Position numbers and translations under genes: made by a program. Under the pieces are notes generated by a model that had not been told where the DNA came from, did not search any database, and saw only the letters and a program-made list of their open reading frames with translations. Shown here piece by piece: positions 24,050 through 36,232 of a stretch of 64,000 bases of DNA; positions within the stretch are counted from its first letter, which is position 1, and each line of letters opens with the position of its first letter. Origin of the DNA: Blasia pusilla. Lineage: Eukaryota. The stretch covers positions 14,136,001 through 14,200,000 of the forward strand of contig CM114271.1 in assembly GCA_050084515.1 (NCBI GenBank). The letters are read 5' to 3'.

Positions 24050-27000
24050 GAAGGGTCCCGGATACGGATTGAGTTGGCTAGTGATACGCCGATCTTTCGT
24101 CGACCCTCTGGTATTCTGATATGGAGCGAGCCTTGATTGAGCGGGAGTCGGGACTTGTTGGAGGCGGGACTTATGGAGTTATCACATGGGGAGTATGCAT
24201 CGCCCACAGTCATGCCGGCAAAGAAGGATATGTATGGCAATTGGACGGATAGGCGGATGTGTGGTGATTACCGTCCTATCAACCGACAGACGAGGTCAGA
24301 TCGGTATGCCATGCCTACTCCTGAGGAGATCTTTGATGCGGTAGGGCATGCAAAGATCTTCAGTACTTTAGATCTCCATGTTGGCTATCATCAGCTTCCT
24401 ATCAGGTTGGAGGACAGGGAGAAGACAGCATTTTGGGGGATAGATTGGTTCGGGAGAGATTACTTGTATCAGTGGCGGTTCTTACCATTTGGGTTGGAGA
24501 ACGCGCCTGCAGAGTTTCAGAGAGTGATAGATAGGATTCTGGCTGGCTTGGATTTTGTACGATGTTACATAGATGATATTCTTATCTTCAGTTCCACGGT
24601 TGAGGAGCATGAGCGACACTTGGAGGAGGTACCTTGAAATTGGTGGTTGGTGGGATATTTATGTTACCATCAAAAAACGTTTTCTTGATCTTGAAAATTA
24701 CCTCCTTGTTTGACATGTGGCAATTGGACAGATAAAAATGTTTTCTATCTTACGGACATCAAGAAAATGTCTCCCCCTTTTGCGCCATTTTGTGTGTAAC
24801 ATGATTAATCTCTTCACTCTGCGCATGGCACGGGTATGGTAAGTGGGAGGTGTTTCGGCAATTGCAGTTACATGGACTGAAGTTACATCCAGGCAAGTGC
24901 AGATTCTTTCAGGAGCAGATTGAGTACTTGGGACACACCATATACCCGAGTGGGTTAGGCGCTCAGCAGACAAAGGTAGAGGCTATTGCATAGATTCCAC
25001 GCCCTACAGATGTGAGTCGAGTCCGAGCATTTCTTGGACTGGCAAACTTCTATCGACGGTATGTCAAGGGTTTTAGTGCGATCGCAAAGTCTTTGACCTT
25101 GTTGACGAGACTTGATCAGTTTTGGTTGTGGGGAGATGATCAAGAGCGAGCATTTCAGGAGCTCAAGGACAAGTTGACGACCTCACCCATTTTACAGAGA
25201 CCGGTTAGAGGTCGCCCATTCCACTTACATACGGATTTGAGCATGTTGGGTCTAGGAGCAGTGCTTACTCAGAGGGATGACGAGGAGAGGGAGTTCGTTG
25301 TGGCTTACGCGAGCCGATCGAACAACATTGCAGAGGCAAAGTACAGCTCCTACGAGGGAGAGTGCTTGGCTGCAGTGTGGGCCGTGGGGCGTGGCACATT
25401 TGAGGTGCTATTTATTCGGCAACCCTTTCACACTTATCACTGATCATCAGCCGTTGAGGTGGTTGATGGAGTCCGACAAGCTTACGGGAAAGCTTGCCAG
25501 GTGGGCTCTATTACTACAGGAGTATGAGTTTGAGGTGGTTCATAGGCCAGGTCGGCTGAACCAGGATGCGGATGGGTTGAGTCGTAACCCATGTCTGAGT
25601 AGAGAGACGACACAGGAGCTCAATGGCACGGAGAGAGTGATGAGGAGATGGTGCCCGGTTGGCATGCATCTGCCTATCTTTGTTGGTTGACTATGGCGGA
25701 GTCACCCACGGTGATGACTCGGTGGTGGGATTGGATGATGAGTCTTTGGATCCGAAGGTTAGTGAGGAGGCGGCAGGTGGTCGTGATATCCATGACGACG
25801 TGGAGGTTGTGGAGTTCTTTTGACCTTGGCGTCATTGCGAGAGTACAAAGTGAGTGCTAGGGAGCGGATCGGATCCTCTGAGAGCCAAGAGGTTTAGGTG
25901 GGAGGGGACTCACATTTTGCGGGTATGGGGAGATGGTAGGATACGAGTGGTACCTCATCCTTCCCAGCGAGGGCGTGTAGTGCGACATGCCCATGAGGAG
26001 TTGGGACATTTCAAGTAAAGCGTTTACGACTTACTCGATTCAGTATTGGTGGCGCGGCATGCATCCGATCAGCGATTTGTGGCGGATGTATGGTATGTGA
26101 CAGAGAGTGCGAGCATCCTTCAATGCTCCCACTCTCAGATTACATCCTTTTCCGATTATGGGTTTAGGTTATCGGTGGAGTTTAGACTTTGCGGGACCTT
26201 TGCCATTGTGATGCGTCATCATAGGTGCGTGTTGGTCATGGTGGAGCATTTCTCCAAGTGGATAGAGTTGGTGGCACTACCAGACAAGGCGAGCGAGGGA
26301 ACAGCTTATGCGTTTCTAGATCGTGTGCTTAGTCATTTTGGTGCACCGGCGGAGGTGTTGACTGACCAGGGTACCGAGTTCAGGGGAGAGTTTCAGGCCT
26401 TATGTGATCAGGCACTGATAGATCATCGCACCATGTCCAGAGATCATCCTGAGGCGGATGGGTTGGCGGAGAGAGTGGTACAGACGGTGAAGAGAGGATT
26501 GCGCAAGTATGGCTTGCAGCGGGGACAGTTGAGGGAGTGGGACCTACAGTTGCCATGGTTGGCTATGGGTTATCGCTTTAGTCGGCAGGCATCCTTGGCA
26601 TCATTTTCACCGTAATTTTTGCTCTTTGGGAGAGAGCTAGATTTACCTGCAGCCATTCGACGTTACATGGCGGAGGTGTTAGATCTTGATGATCCAGATG
26701 TGTGGGTACAAGCATGTTCTCAGAGGGTAGAAGTTTTTCGTAGAGTTATGCCTATGGCCTTTGAGAACTTAGCTATTGCCAAAGATAGAGATACATTGAG
26801 GTCGCGACCATTCGTGGAGGAGGTTATCGTCCGAGGATTAGGAGGTTTCATCCTGGAGATTACGTGTATTTACAAAGCAGCGGCACCCATGACGCTAGAT
26901 TTCATCAGGCAGGCGCACGGTCCCCCACGTGTGCGCGAGGTATTACCGACCGGAGTCCTCATGTTGGAGGGATGGGATGGTATGGTTTGGAAGGATCATG

Positions 27001-27220
27001 TGCGCAATTGTGCGCTATGTCATCTTCCGAACGTAGATGGGATGGTGGATCCGAGCTTGGCAGTGGTACCTACAGGCTTGAGGTGTATGTTGTGCGGATC
27101 TGCGAGGGGTGCAGCCACCATGTTGGTATGTGATGGTTGTTCTCGAGGGTGGCATATGTCATGTCTGACCCCCCTCTTGATGTGGTTCCCACCGGATGAT
27201 GGATGTGTCCGAGATGTGTA
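24050..27220 (+). pseudogene. RT-RNase H-DDE integrase-PHD of copy 2
   Basis: RMCGDYRPIN, FSTLDL..GYHQ, PFGL.NAPAEFQR, YIDD (24566-24577), FLGLANFYRR, LHTD, TDHQPL, integrase core VEHFSKW..LTDQGTEF..HPEADGLAER, PHD from 27084. Confidence 0.95.
24631..24845. other. 215-bp AT-richer insertion within the RT of copy 2, flanked by a GGAGGT direct repeat
   Basis: Copy 1 reads GAGGAGGTGTTT contiguously; copy 2 has GGAGGT at 24625-24630 and 24846-24851 around extra sequence. Confidence 0.8.
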
Positions 27221-27300
27221 TAGGGTAGTAGGTCATGTCAGAGAGATGTGATATTTTCTATCTAGAGTTGGGTGGATCCAACTGCCAGCTAGGGGGGCGT

Positions 27301-28058
27301 TTGTGTGATCTCCATGTATATGTATGAGTTGATTTTTGTACATGTGTGGATCGACCCGTGTGTGGGGAAGATCGGTGTTGTGTGGTGTAGATGTGACCAG
27401 CGATGTATGTTGTGTAGCGATATGTATGCGCATGACAGCTGTCACATCTGAGTAGCCGATAGGTCGAGATCTATCGTGGATAGGGCGTAGGAGCCAGCGG
27501 ACTATCTTGAGTGTAACTTTGTCCCACGGTGTCGGATGAGGTTGAGGATAGGTCCATTATGTCAGGAACGTCGTTTCTGACAACTTTCATGTTGAGGTCT
27601 TTTACAGTCAGGTGACTTGTTGACCAGGTCACCCGCCCCTGGTAACCTGTGCGCACAGGTTACCAAGGGAAGGGCTATTTTTAGGGGAAGAGCCTTTTGT
27701 GCTCTTCCCAACCCTATATAAGAGAGGAAGATGGCTTTCATAAGCCATCTTTCTCATGTTGGGCCGTTGGAGCACCTCCCTTGTATGTGTGTGAGCTAGG
27801 ACTAGGGTGCTAGCATCCGGATTCCTTGATAGCATAGGCTGGACGAGGCTCAATATGCCGATGTAGATTGAGGAGTGGAGTTTTAGGCCGGGTGTGCCGT
27901 TTTTACTACTCTTTATTTTTGTTGTGTGATCTCCATGTATATGTATGAGTTGATTTTTGTACATGTGTGGATCGACCCGTGTGTGGGGAAGATCGGTGTT
28001 GTGTGGTGTAGATGTGACCAGCGATGTATGTTGTGTAGCGATATGTATGCGCACAACA
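27301..28058 (+). repeat. B1-GC-A2-B2 composite 3' terminus of copy 2
   Basis: 137-bp B at 27301-27437 and 27922-28058; palindrome TGACAGCTGTCA (27433-27444) at the B1/A2 junction. Confidence 0.95.
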
Positions 28059-31000
28059 AACCCCCTAAAATACATCCCACATTGTAAGTGTCATTATGCA
28101 AACATTTGAAATCAGAAACAAGTACAAGTTTAGTATATAAGCTTCTGGGAATTCCTAAATTGATAGAGTAGATACCAAAAGAAGAACCTATCAATTTGAA
28201 GCTATATTTTTACAATTGAAAGTTAAAGCTCGTTCTAAGGGCTTACCGAAAAACCGTCTATGCCTGATCGGTCGTTGTTGTTCAAAGTCTGAACATGTGA
28301 CCGAGATTTTGTCATTTGCTCGGCCTTAAATTTCCCTGATTCTGACATCCAATAGTCGACCATTCGTTCCCACTATAGGAGAAAGAAAGAGAGAGAGGAT
28401 TGAAGAATCTTTGAGTTTTCAAGAAAGAGTTGCACTGAGATGGTCAAGACAGAAGTTTGAAGCTTCCCCGATAACGTAAAATTTCAGGAGGATATACTTC
28501 CAAGTGTTTCGCATTCTATGCGGCTCATGAACTCAGTGGTCAATGCTTATCCCTCAAGGCGACAGTGGAAATAATGTAGCTCACATTCAAAGACCGATTG
28601 CCTAATGGAGTGATTCGTGATGATGCTGATCTGAATGGAGAGTACAAGTAGAAGTGACTGAATCCGTAAAAGTGAAATTGACCTAAACTCCGCGAGCTTA
28701 GAAATAGCAAACATGAAAAACGTATCAAGTAACTAGTCTTTCAGGCGAACGGGAGGGAAAACTTGCAAGAATGTAAGCAAATAAATGTGACCAGCACCAG
28801 TGAACCCACTGCTCACACTAAATAATTATCTTGGCCTAGACAAGTACTCACATACAAAGCGTATTTCCTATTGTTGTCCCCCAGAAATCTGAGTTAGACG
28901 GACTAATTGTGATTTGACGAGCGGCAAACAATCAATGCCAACTGATTTCTGGCCTTAACGTGAACCTATTCCTCACCAAATAACACAGCTAAGAAAGAAA
29001 TATTCAAGTCACAGTTGGAGTGTTGCATACTCGAGGATGCCCGAGAGGATTAAGAAAATGATACTCTTATTCTATACTTGGATTTTTCTGGGGCTTGATA
29101 ACTTTTGATTCGTCGTCCATAAAAAGAACCGTGCTCATGGAATATATCATCCAAAAACACTTTTTTGAGAATGCCCACCAATGGAGATAGTCCATTTCAT
29201 GCTTTCCTCCACAGAACCGCCCCTCATTTCTTTCCATTCTGTGCTTCTCATCTTCAAACGCGCGCGAATAAAGGCTTGTACAGGTCTTCCGGGCAACTGC
29301 AAGAATAGAATCTAATCAGCTTATCCTAGTTGGATGAAGAATTCGGTGCATTTTGTACACAGGGCGAAGAAGCTCCGTATTAGGGCCCATGATTTGACGA
29401 CATCTCTGAAATTAAACACATCATAATCATACGTCGTCGATTGCTTAAGCGCCATGAGACGGTGGAAGTTACTTGGTTTTAAGATAAAAGCTATCTACCC
29501 ATTGTGGAAAAGGTCCGTGCTGGAAAAAGCTCACTTTGATGCTCATAATCAGTTCAATCCTTACAAATCGGTTTAGTTTGATTAGTTGGAGTCGAGTGGG
29601 CCAGTTCGTTGATCAACTTTTGTCACTAGGTCTTGGAAACCTACGTATCTCAACGTGGAAATCTAGTTTCATCGTGAATAGTGATATACAATCTGCAAAC
29701 CACTTCAATAGTTTAGGGGAAGACCAACTTAGTCATTCACAGATATATTCAAGCTCACAGCGCGGCGGTCAGCTGGGATTTTGCAAGGTGATGGACTATC
29801 GTGATATCTGGAACTCTAGATACTCGTTAACAAGCTGACCAGAAGCGTAGGTTTGGGGATCCAGAGCTTCTACTAACAGGAATGTTTGCACAATTCAACT
29901 ACGTGAGACTCATTCGGAAAACTGAACAGATATCTAATGATAGTACCTAAGCGACATCATCTAGATCTTTGCGTGGAAGATCAACGAGTCCGTCACGACT
30001 ATCAAGTTATAGACAGATTTCATCTCCACCTTTAAGGTCAGATTTTTGATAGATCCTGACTGGTTTTGTTACGACCACATGACTAATCAGCTTTCCCGAA
30101 ATGTAAGTTTGGGGATCAAAAAAAGAACCCCACGATGCAATTAGTGTCGATCATCCACTTACACAAAAATCTTGTGATCTTCTAGAAGTCCATATGCTAA
30201 AAACACTATTGGGAAAAAGACTCTCGGTACCATATTGACACTAGAGAATCCCTTGCCCAACGCGACGCAGCCCTCTAGGGACCGATATCGTAGAATCTTG
30301 CCCCTATAATCACCTAGCATTTTCATGTAGCATCTCAACTCGCGCGCAAGAAGTAACTCAACTCTGAGAGCGCACATTGAAAGAGTCCGCAATTGACCTC
30401 CAAGTTGGTGGAGCATCTACAAGAAATGTAGTCGCATGTGATTGCGCATATCATGTAGGAAATGGGCAAAAACATGGTTATGGTGCGTCCGGAAGGGTCC
30501 TATGTTCGTGGGTGTTGGGTTAAAATACTAGAGCGGCAGCGTCCGAGGACTTGGTAGAGAGACAGAGAGAGAGAGATTGTGTCCAGACCGATTTGGAGCT
30601 CGACCTATGGAGCGGCTTCCAAAATTTTCAATGTCAGTTTCATAACAGCCCAATTCAAATTGCACCTCACATGTGCGCGAGTCTTCCTCTCCCGCGCGCT
30701 TTTGCCTCTCTTCGCGCTCTTGCTCAACCTCGATGCTCTTGCCTCTCTTCGCGTTCTTGCCCAACGTCGACGCTCTTGCCTCTCTTCGACGTCTCTTAGA
30801 TCGTTCACACTCTCTCTCTCTCTCTCTCCCGCTTTAGTGCATCTCCAGCTCCTTGAGATCCCTCTCGTGTCCATGCATCAAAACCCTAACAAAAGAAATA
30901 AGAAAATAAAATACAAGAAAAAGAGAGCACTTGAACAAGATAACAGCGTAGGTCTTCAACCCAGTACCTCGCTTGCGGCCATGGAGACCCGGAATCAAAA

Positions 31001-31481
31001 CTGAATTGGGGCGCTTGCAAATTAAAACTTTAAGGTTCCAACTTTCTTTTTAAACCTAGTGACTAGCGATCACCGTAAGAGCGTAAAAGGGGGGTCATTT
31101 GTTTAGTTCTAATTTCAAAGTTATTACTTTTTATAGATTTTGGATTTTTAAAAAAATTTATTGGTAAGATATTTGAGATCTATCTTATGTAGCATCACTA
31201 TAATTATTGAGTTTTATTCTCCATGCCCAAAACAATTAATTAATGCTCATAATTTTCCCTTTTTTTAATGAAATTTCAAAATTCAAATCAATATTTATAT
31301 ATTAATCTTCTCCAAATTAATTTTGTTCCATAATTATGTGTGAATATGACTTGCAAATGACCAAATCATTTGTGTTACTATTTGAGTAATTGATTTATGA
31401 CTATTTCGGTTTTCGATGTCATATTAAATGATTGGACCCATTGAGTCATACTTTAAGTCATTAATTTATCACTATTTCTGT

Positions 31482-32790
31482 TTCTTGATTCTACTATTTG
31501 TGGCGAATGTATGTGCTTGCCTTTATGGACTCATTGCGACCCCTTTGTCTTGCTCTTCATGTTGGTTCTCCCTTGAGGCCGTCCACCATTGTTGATCGTA
31601 TTGGTGCAATTTCTGTATTGCGGAGCGTTGCGAGAATGCCTTCCAATGTAATCAATTGAGCGAACGTCATTGATTCATTCACTTGCATGCTAATCTTCCA
31701 GAATCGAGGTAGAGACGTCTGTCAAGAAAATGTGATAGCTATATATATAGAATAAATATTTCAATATATAGGGGTTGAGGATGATCAATGGTAGAGGCTG
31801 AATCAACAACTATGTGTGTCATCAATGTGTCCTCTAAAGTATTTCTTGATTCTACTATTTGTGGTGAATGTATGTGCTTGCCTTTATGGACTTATTGCGA
31901 GCCCTTTGTCTTGCTCTTCATGTTGGTTCCCCCTTGAGGCCGTCCACCGTTGTAGATCGTATTGGCGCAATTTCTTTGATAGGGAGTGATGCCAGAATGC
32001 CTTCTGATCTAATGAGCTGAGTGAACTCCATTGATTCATTGGCCAACATCCTAATCTTCCAAAGTTGGGGTAGAGATGTGTGTCAAGAAAATGTGACAGT
32101 TGTATATATAGAATATATATTCAATATGTAGGGGTTGAGGATTATCAACCCACATGCATGAGTTTCTAATAGCAATTTGCTAATTCTGTCATTTTTTCAG
32201 GGCAAGTGATTGAAATGCATACACTCGATAGTGTGAGTAGTGGTTTGATATTGTTATATTGCCTAAAAGCATTGAGTTTAGTTCATATTTTTGTACTTGT
32301 GGAGTTGTTGGCTATTTTTAAATGCCTCAATGGTCGAGGCTGAATGAAGAGTTCTGTGTGTCATCAATGTGCCCTCTAAATCATTTCTTGATTCTACTAT
32401 TTATGGTGAATCTATGTGCTTGCCTTTTTGGACTCACTGCAACCCCTTTGTCTTGCTTTCTATGTTGGTTCCCCCCTTGGGACGTTCGGTATTCCAAATC
32501 ATAATGGAACAATTTATCTTTTGTCTAGCGATGCTAGAATGTTTGCCGATGGATTGCCTTCATTGAGCAGCATGTTGAAATTGGAGAATCCGGTTGAAGA
32601 CTTTTATCTAAGAATGTGACAATTATAGAAAGTTGAAGAGAATGTATAGTTAAATATCTAGGTGTTGAGACCCTCAACCCCTCTATTGCGAGGGGTTGAG
32701 ATTCATCAACCCTCGTGCATGAGTTTGTAATATAATGACTTGCTTGGTTGTCATTTATGGAGCAAAAGTTAGTGAAATGCATGTACTTAT
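31482..32790 (+). repeat. Three diverged tandem copies of a ~350-450-bp unit
   Basis: TTCTTGATTCTACTATTT(G/A)TGG..AAT.TATGTGCTTGCCTTT at ~31482, ~31843 and ~32385, each followed by GGGGTTGAG..T.ATCAA. Confidence 0.9.
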
Positions 32791-35569
32791 CACGTCAAGA
32801 AGCTAAAAAGCATTATGTCCATGCCATAGCGTTTGTAATTTAGTTCCATTATCATTAGTTTAGATTTACTTTCCCGATCACTTGCTCTAGAGTGATGAAG
32901 AAAGTGAATGTAAACAAAACATTTCATTTGGAATGTTTGTCTTTCTTAGACGTGGAGAGGTGCTTAAGTTAAGGAGCACATCTAATAAAAATTGTCCCAT
33001 TCCGGTTGTGATTGAAGGGTTCGTGGCAATTCTAGTGGATACACATGGCTTCAAGTGAACCAATTGCGACAAGAGTTCCTCCAAAGCTTAACAAGGTGAA
33101 AGTTAGGAAAGCTAAATTAGAGGAAGAATTAGAGTTGGAAAAAATTACAAAAGTGAAAGCAGAATTAAAAAAACATGCAGAGGAAAGGGATAAGTTCTAC
33201 ATTGAATGTGCTATCTTTGAACAAGAGGAGAAAGAGAGGGTAGAATCTATGGCTTATGTTGAAAACCTTCAATGTGAAGAACGGTTAGCAACAAACAAGA
33301 AGAAAGTTGACAAGGAGGAGAGAAGGTGGCAAAATATAAAGGATTGGTCACCAAAATAATTCTTGCTTGTATACTTGCTTTCAAACCTAGCCTTTGAGCT
33401 AAAACTTTGTTTGAAATGGGCTTGATGGAAGTAAATTCAAAGTTTGGGGAAGCACTTTTTTTTGGTGATCCTTCAGAAGCATCAATTATGTTTTATCATG
33501 AATTTATTTTGTTATGTATTCTTTTTTATGTATAGAGTAAATACTTACGCCATGACAGTCATCTTGTGTCATATGTACCAATAGATTACTAAGATTACTC
33601 AATGGCATGTGGGCATTGTGTGATAAAGATGACTGTCATGTACTTGCTCCATAGGGTGAAGCTTTAGTACATTGGGATTCTTGGTTGAATTTATTAGGCA
33701 AAGCCTGAATTTTTGTATCCCATCTTTTTGTATTCTATCAAAGCCTGCTGTCTCAAGAAACATGGAATGAAGTTTGGAATTGGAGCACTTATTCACTACA
33801 AATGTTTATTTTGTTGGGCGTTAGGGAATGATGTCTACAGATCTCTTTCCAATCGAATATCACAAAGTTCATAACTATTGGAAGGTGTTCCGACACAGTT
33901 GTATGAAACTCATATGAATGATTTAACGCATAGTAGGAAAAAAAATATTGGAGATAACAAACCTCCATTTTCATGGAAAATTATCATAACAAAAAAAAAT
34001 TTAGAAGTTACAAAAATGAAAAGAAATATGCGTTTCTTTTTGTAGCCCCGGAATTTTTTTCCCATTTCAACTCATAATAATTTTTTTCCAATTGAAGAAA
34101 TTCAAGGAGTATATGAATTCTAATTTAAAAGAGGAAAAGGTCTCTATAAAATGTATAAAGACATTTTATAGAGACATCATCATATTCTTTCTTCCTACCA
34201 AATATGATATGAAGGGATTCCTTAGCCAAAAATTTATATCCTCACATAGGTTCTACACTTTCTCAAATTTTACGTAATTTGGTGCGGCTCCCTTAAAATT
34301 TTTAATTAGATATGATTTTTCTCATATAAATTAATTTTAAATATTAAAATAAATTAATTTTAAAATTTAAATTCATTTATCAGATTATTTTTATATTTTA
34401 GAATATTCTTGAGATGTTCTTGAATGAAAAAGTGATTTTATTTTCTTGGTTGAGACTCCCAAGAAAAGGAGACGAAAATATCATATTTTCCCAATTACTA
34501 TGAAATTAAAAGAAATATTGGAGAGGCTTCATGGACAAATTTCACATTTGGCATTCATTCATAGGTTATCAAAATGAGAATCTATGAGACTATTACCCGA
34601 ATGCCCATAATAGTTTGATCGATTTTTCTTTTTCTTTAAAGAAACCAGAATATTGGTAGATCTTATAAATATTTCTTACATGTTGTAATTATTCGAATGC
34701 AAATGGAATTCTATTATTATCCATAACTATAGGTGGAGTACTAATACGTTTCTTATTCAAATTTTTATATATAAAATATAGTATGTAGGGATTGAATTAT
34801 TATTTGAAAGAAAATGGAAAGCATTCCGCCTTGCCCATATGATTATGGAAGGATTTTTTCAAATATAATATGCTATTGTTATTTGTTGACAAATAGATGC
34901 TAAATGCTTTCTTCCTTTCTCATATCCTACCTTAGAAGACATTGAAGAATAAGAGGGAGAAGATTAAAAACATTCTTGCTTTCTGAATCCAAAATATTAT
35001 AATGTATGTAGATGGAAAGCATTCCTCGTGATACCTCTTTCATAACTTGAGCTGCGCGGTCCATTGCCGCCTTCCTCGGGAGTGGTAAGCCTAAGAAGAT
35101 TAAGTGCTCGAGTTGCGTCGACCCTTTCCGCCTTCTCCGGATGTGGTTAATCAAGGGGAGTAGTGGTGCAAGCCGCGTCCAAGGAGTTCTTGTAGTCCAA
35201 CGAGCGATTTACCATCGGAGCTACTATAGTTGGAATGTAAGATGGAATTCACTCTCTCTCTCTCTCCATTCCAACTGCGGGTTTTGGAAGCGATTCGGCC
35301 ATAGGTTTTGCATGTAGGCAATGATTTTGACCGTTGTTTTGGGTTGCTGCATTCTTGATTCAGCATTGTTGATGGTTTGCGGGATTCGAAGTTGGAACTT
35401 TAGCAATGTCATGTTTGTCTTAGACTTGCCTCCCCGTGAGGTACTTAAACTAGGCTGAACACGATAGCAGTGCAGCAGCAATGCGGCAGTAGGTCTAGCA
35501 GATTTTTCTTTTTGTCCATAGTTTTAGAAGGTAGGCAATGATTTCCGAGTGTTCTTTCTACGTAGCAGC

Positions 35570-36232
35570 ATTAAGTCGCGTCGTTGTAAACTTGACACAA
35601 GTCTTTGAGCTCAAATCCAAAGGGACATTTCAGCTTTTCCATTTCTTAGTGCCGCCTGGTGCGTACGGATGCTTAATGAATGTCCTTTGTATACCCAAAG
35701 ACATGTTGTATCACTCTCAATATCTATTCCCACATGATTATCGTCAGCGTCAAACTCCATGTTTTTTTTTGTCTCAAACTTCACAGTCAACATTCTCGGT
35801 CTGCTTCCCCGTGTCAGAGTGTAAGCATCGAAACTCCAACCATCAGCACCTATCCACGACAGCCTGTCCAACACCATAAAGGTCATTCCATCACCTTGGG
35901 ACAGGGTAAGACTCTCCACTTGTTTTGTTCGTGATGATTATCGACTCTACGCGGAAACTGAAACTTATGCTAAAAGAGACACTCTGGTTCATGAGTGGTC
36001 TGAGCACTTGAAGAGGCTCGTTGTAAAGAGCGACTGCTACGGTATTGGAATATAAATAAGATGTCTCGTTTCTGTTGACTGGATCCGGCTTGAGCTTTAA
36101 TAAGCCTCCACTGGTAGTAGTGGCGTTTCCTTGGCATGTGAGATTCTTCGTCAATCCACACGAGAAGTCTGAGTTGATATCAATCGTCAAGGAAACTACC
36201 AGGGAAAATTCAAGGAGTGCCATTACCAGCAT
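35570..36232 (-). pseudogene. Legume (L-type) lectin domain fragment with signal peptide, frameshifted; probable LecRK ectodomain
   Basis: Hydrophobic N-terminus, QGNA, ALYNEPLQV, VSFSISFSFRV, GDGMTFMV, TVKFET..N.EFDADDNHVGIDIES, LRNGK..LWI. Frameshift near 35915; no kinase domain recognised. Confidence 0.85.

Larger units (their letters stand above)
18165..28058 (+). mobile_element. Gypsy-type retrotransposon copy 2 (most complete): gag-PR-DNMT-RT-RH-IN-PHD with split direct repeats
   Basis: TGTCAC...CACAACA, 4-bp TSD AACC (18161-18164/28059-28062). A1 18165-18641, PPT 27291-27297, B1 27301-27437, A2 27440-27920, B2 27922-28058. Confidence 0.95.

Noticed and set aside
18165-28058. DIRS/PAT/Ngaro tyrosine-recombinase element, suggested by split repeats and a methyltransferase
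   Set aside because: It has an aspartic protease, a DDE integrase, TG..CA ends and TSDs. The MTase has C5 motifs (PC, ENV) rather than the adenine-MTase type of DIRS, and no tyrosine recombinase motif was seen.
27301-28058. B-A-B as a chance solo-LTR insertion or local duplication
   Set aside because: The same layout occurs independently in copy 1 with different A and B sequences, and the TSDs flank the whole A..BAB unit.
29330-29460. TIR-domain start on the minus strand (TYDYDVFNFR)
   Set aside because: Only a short YDVF match followed by a stop, with no further TIR or NB-ARC motifs.
31196-31480. Additional CACTA end at 31196
   Set aside because: The bases after CACTA do not match the TIR, and the nearby TGACT motifs are sparse and degenerate.
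33045-33359. Lys/Glu-rich 104-aa ORF as a gene
   Set aside because: Generic coiled-coil composition with no recognisable domain or exon chain.
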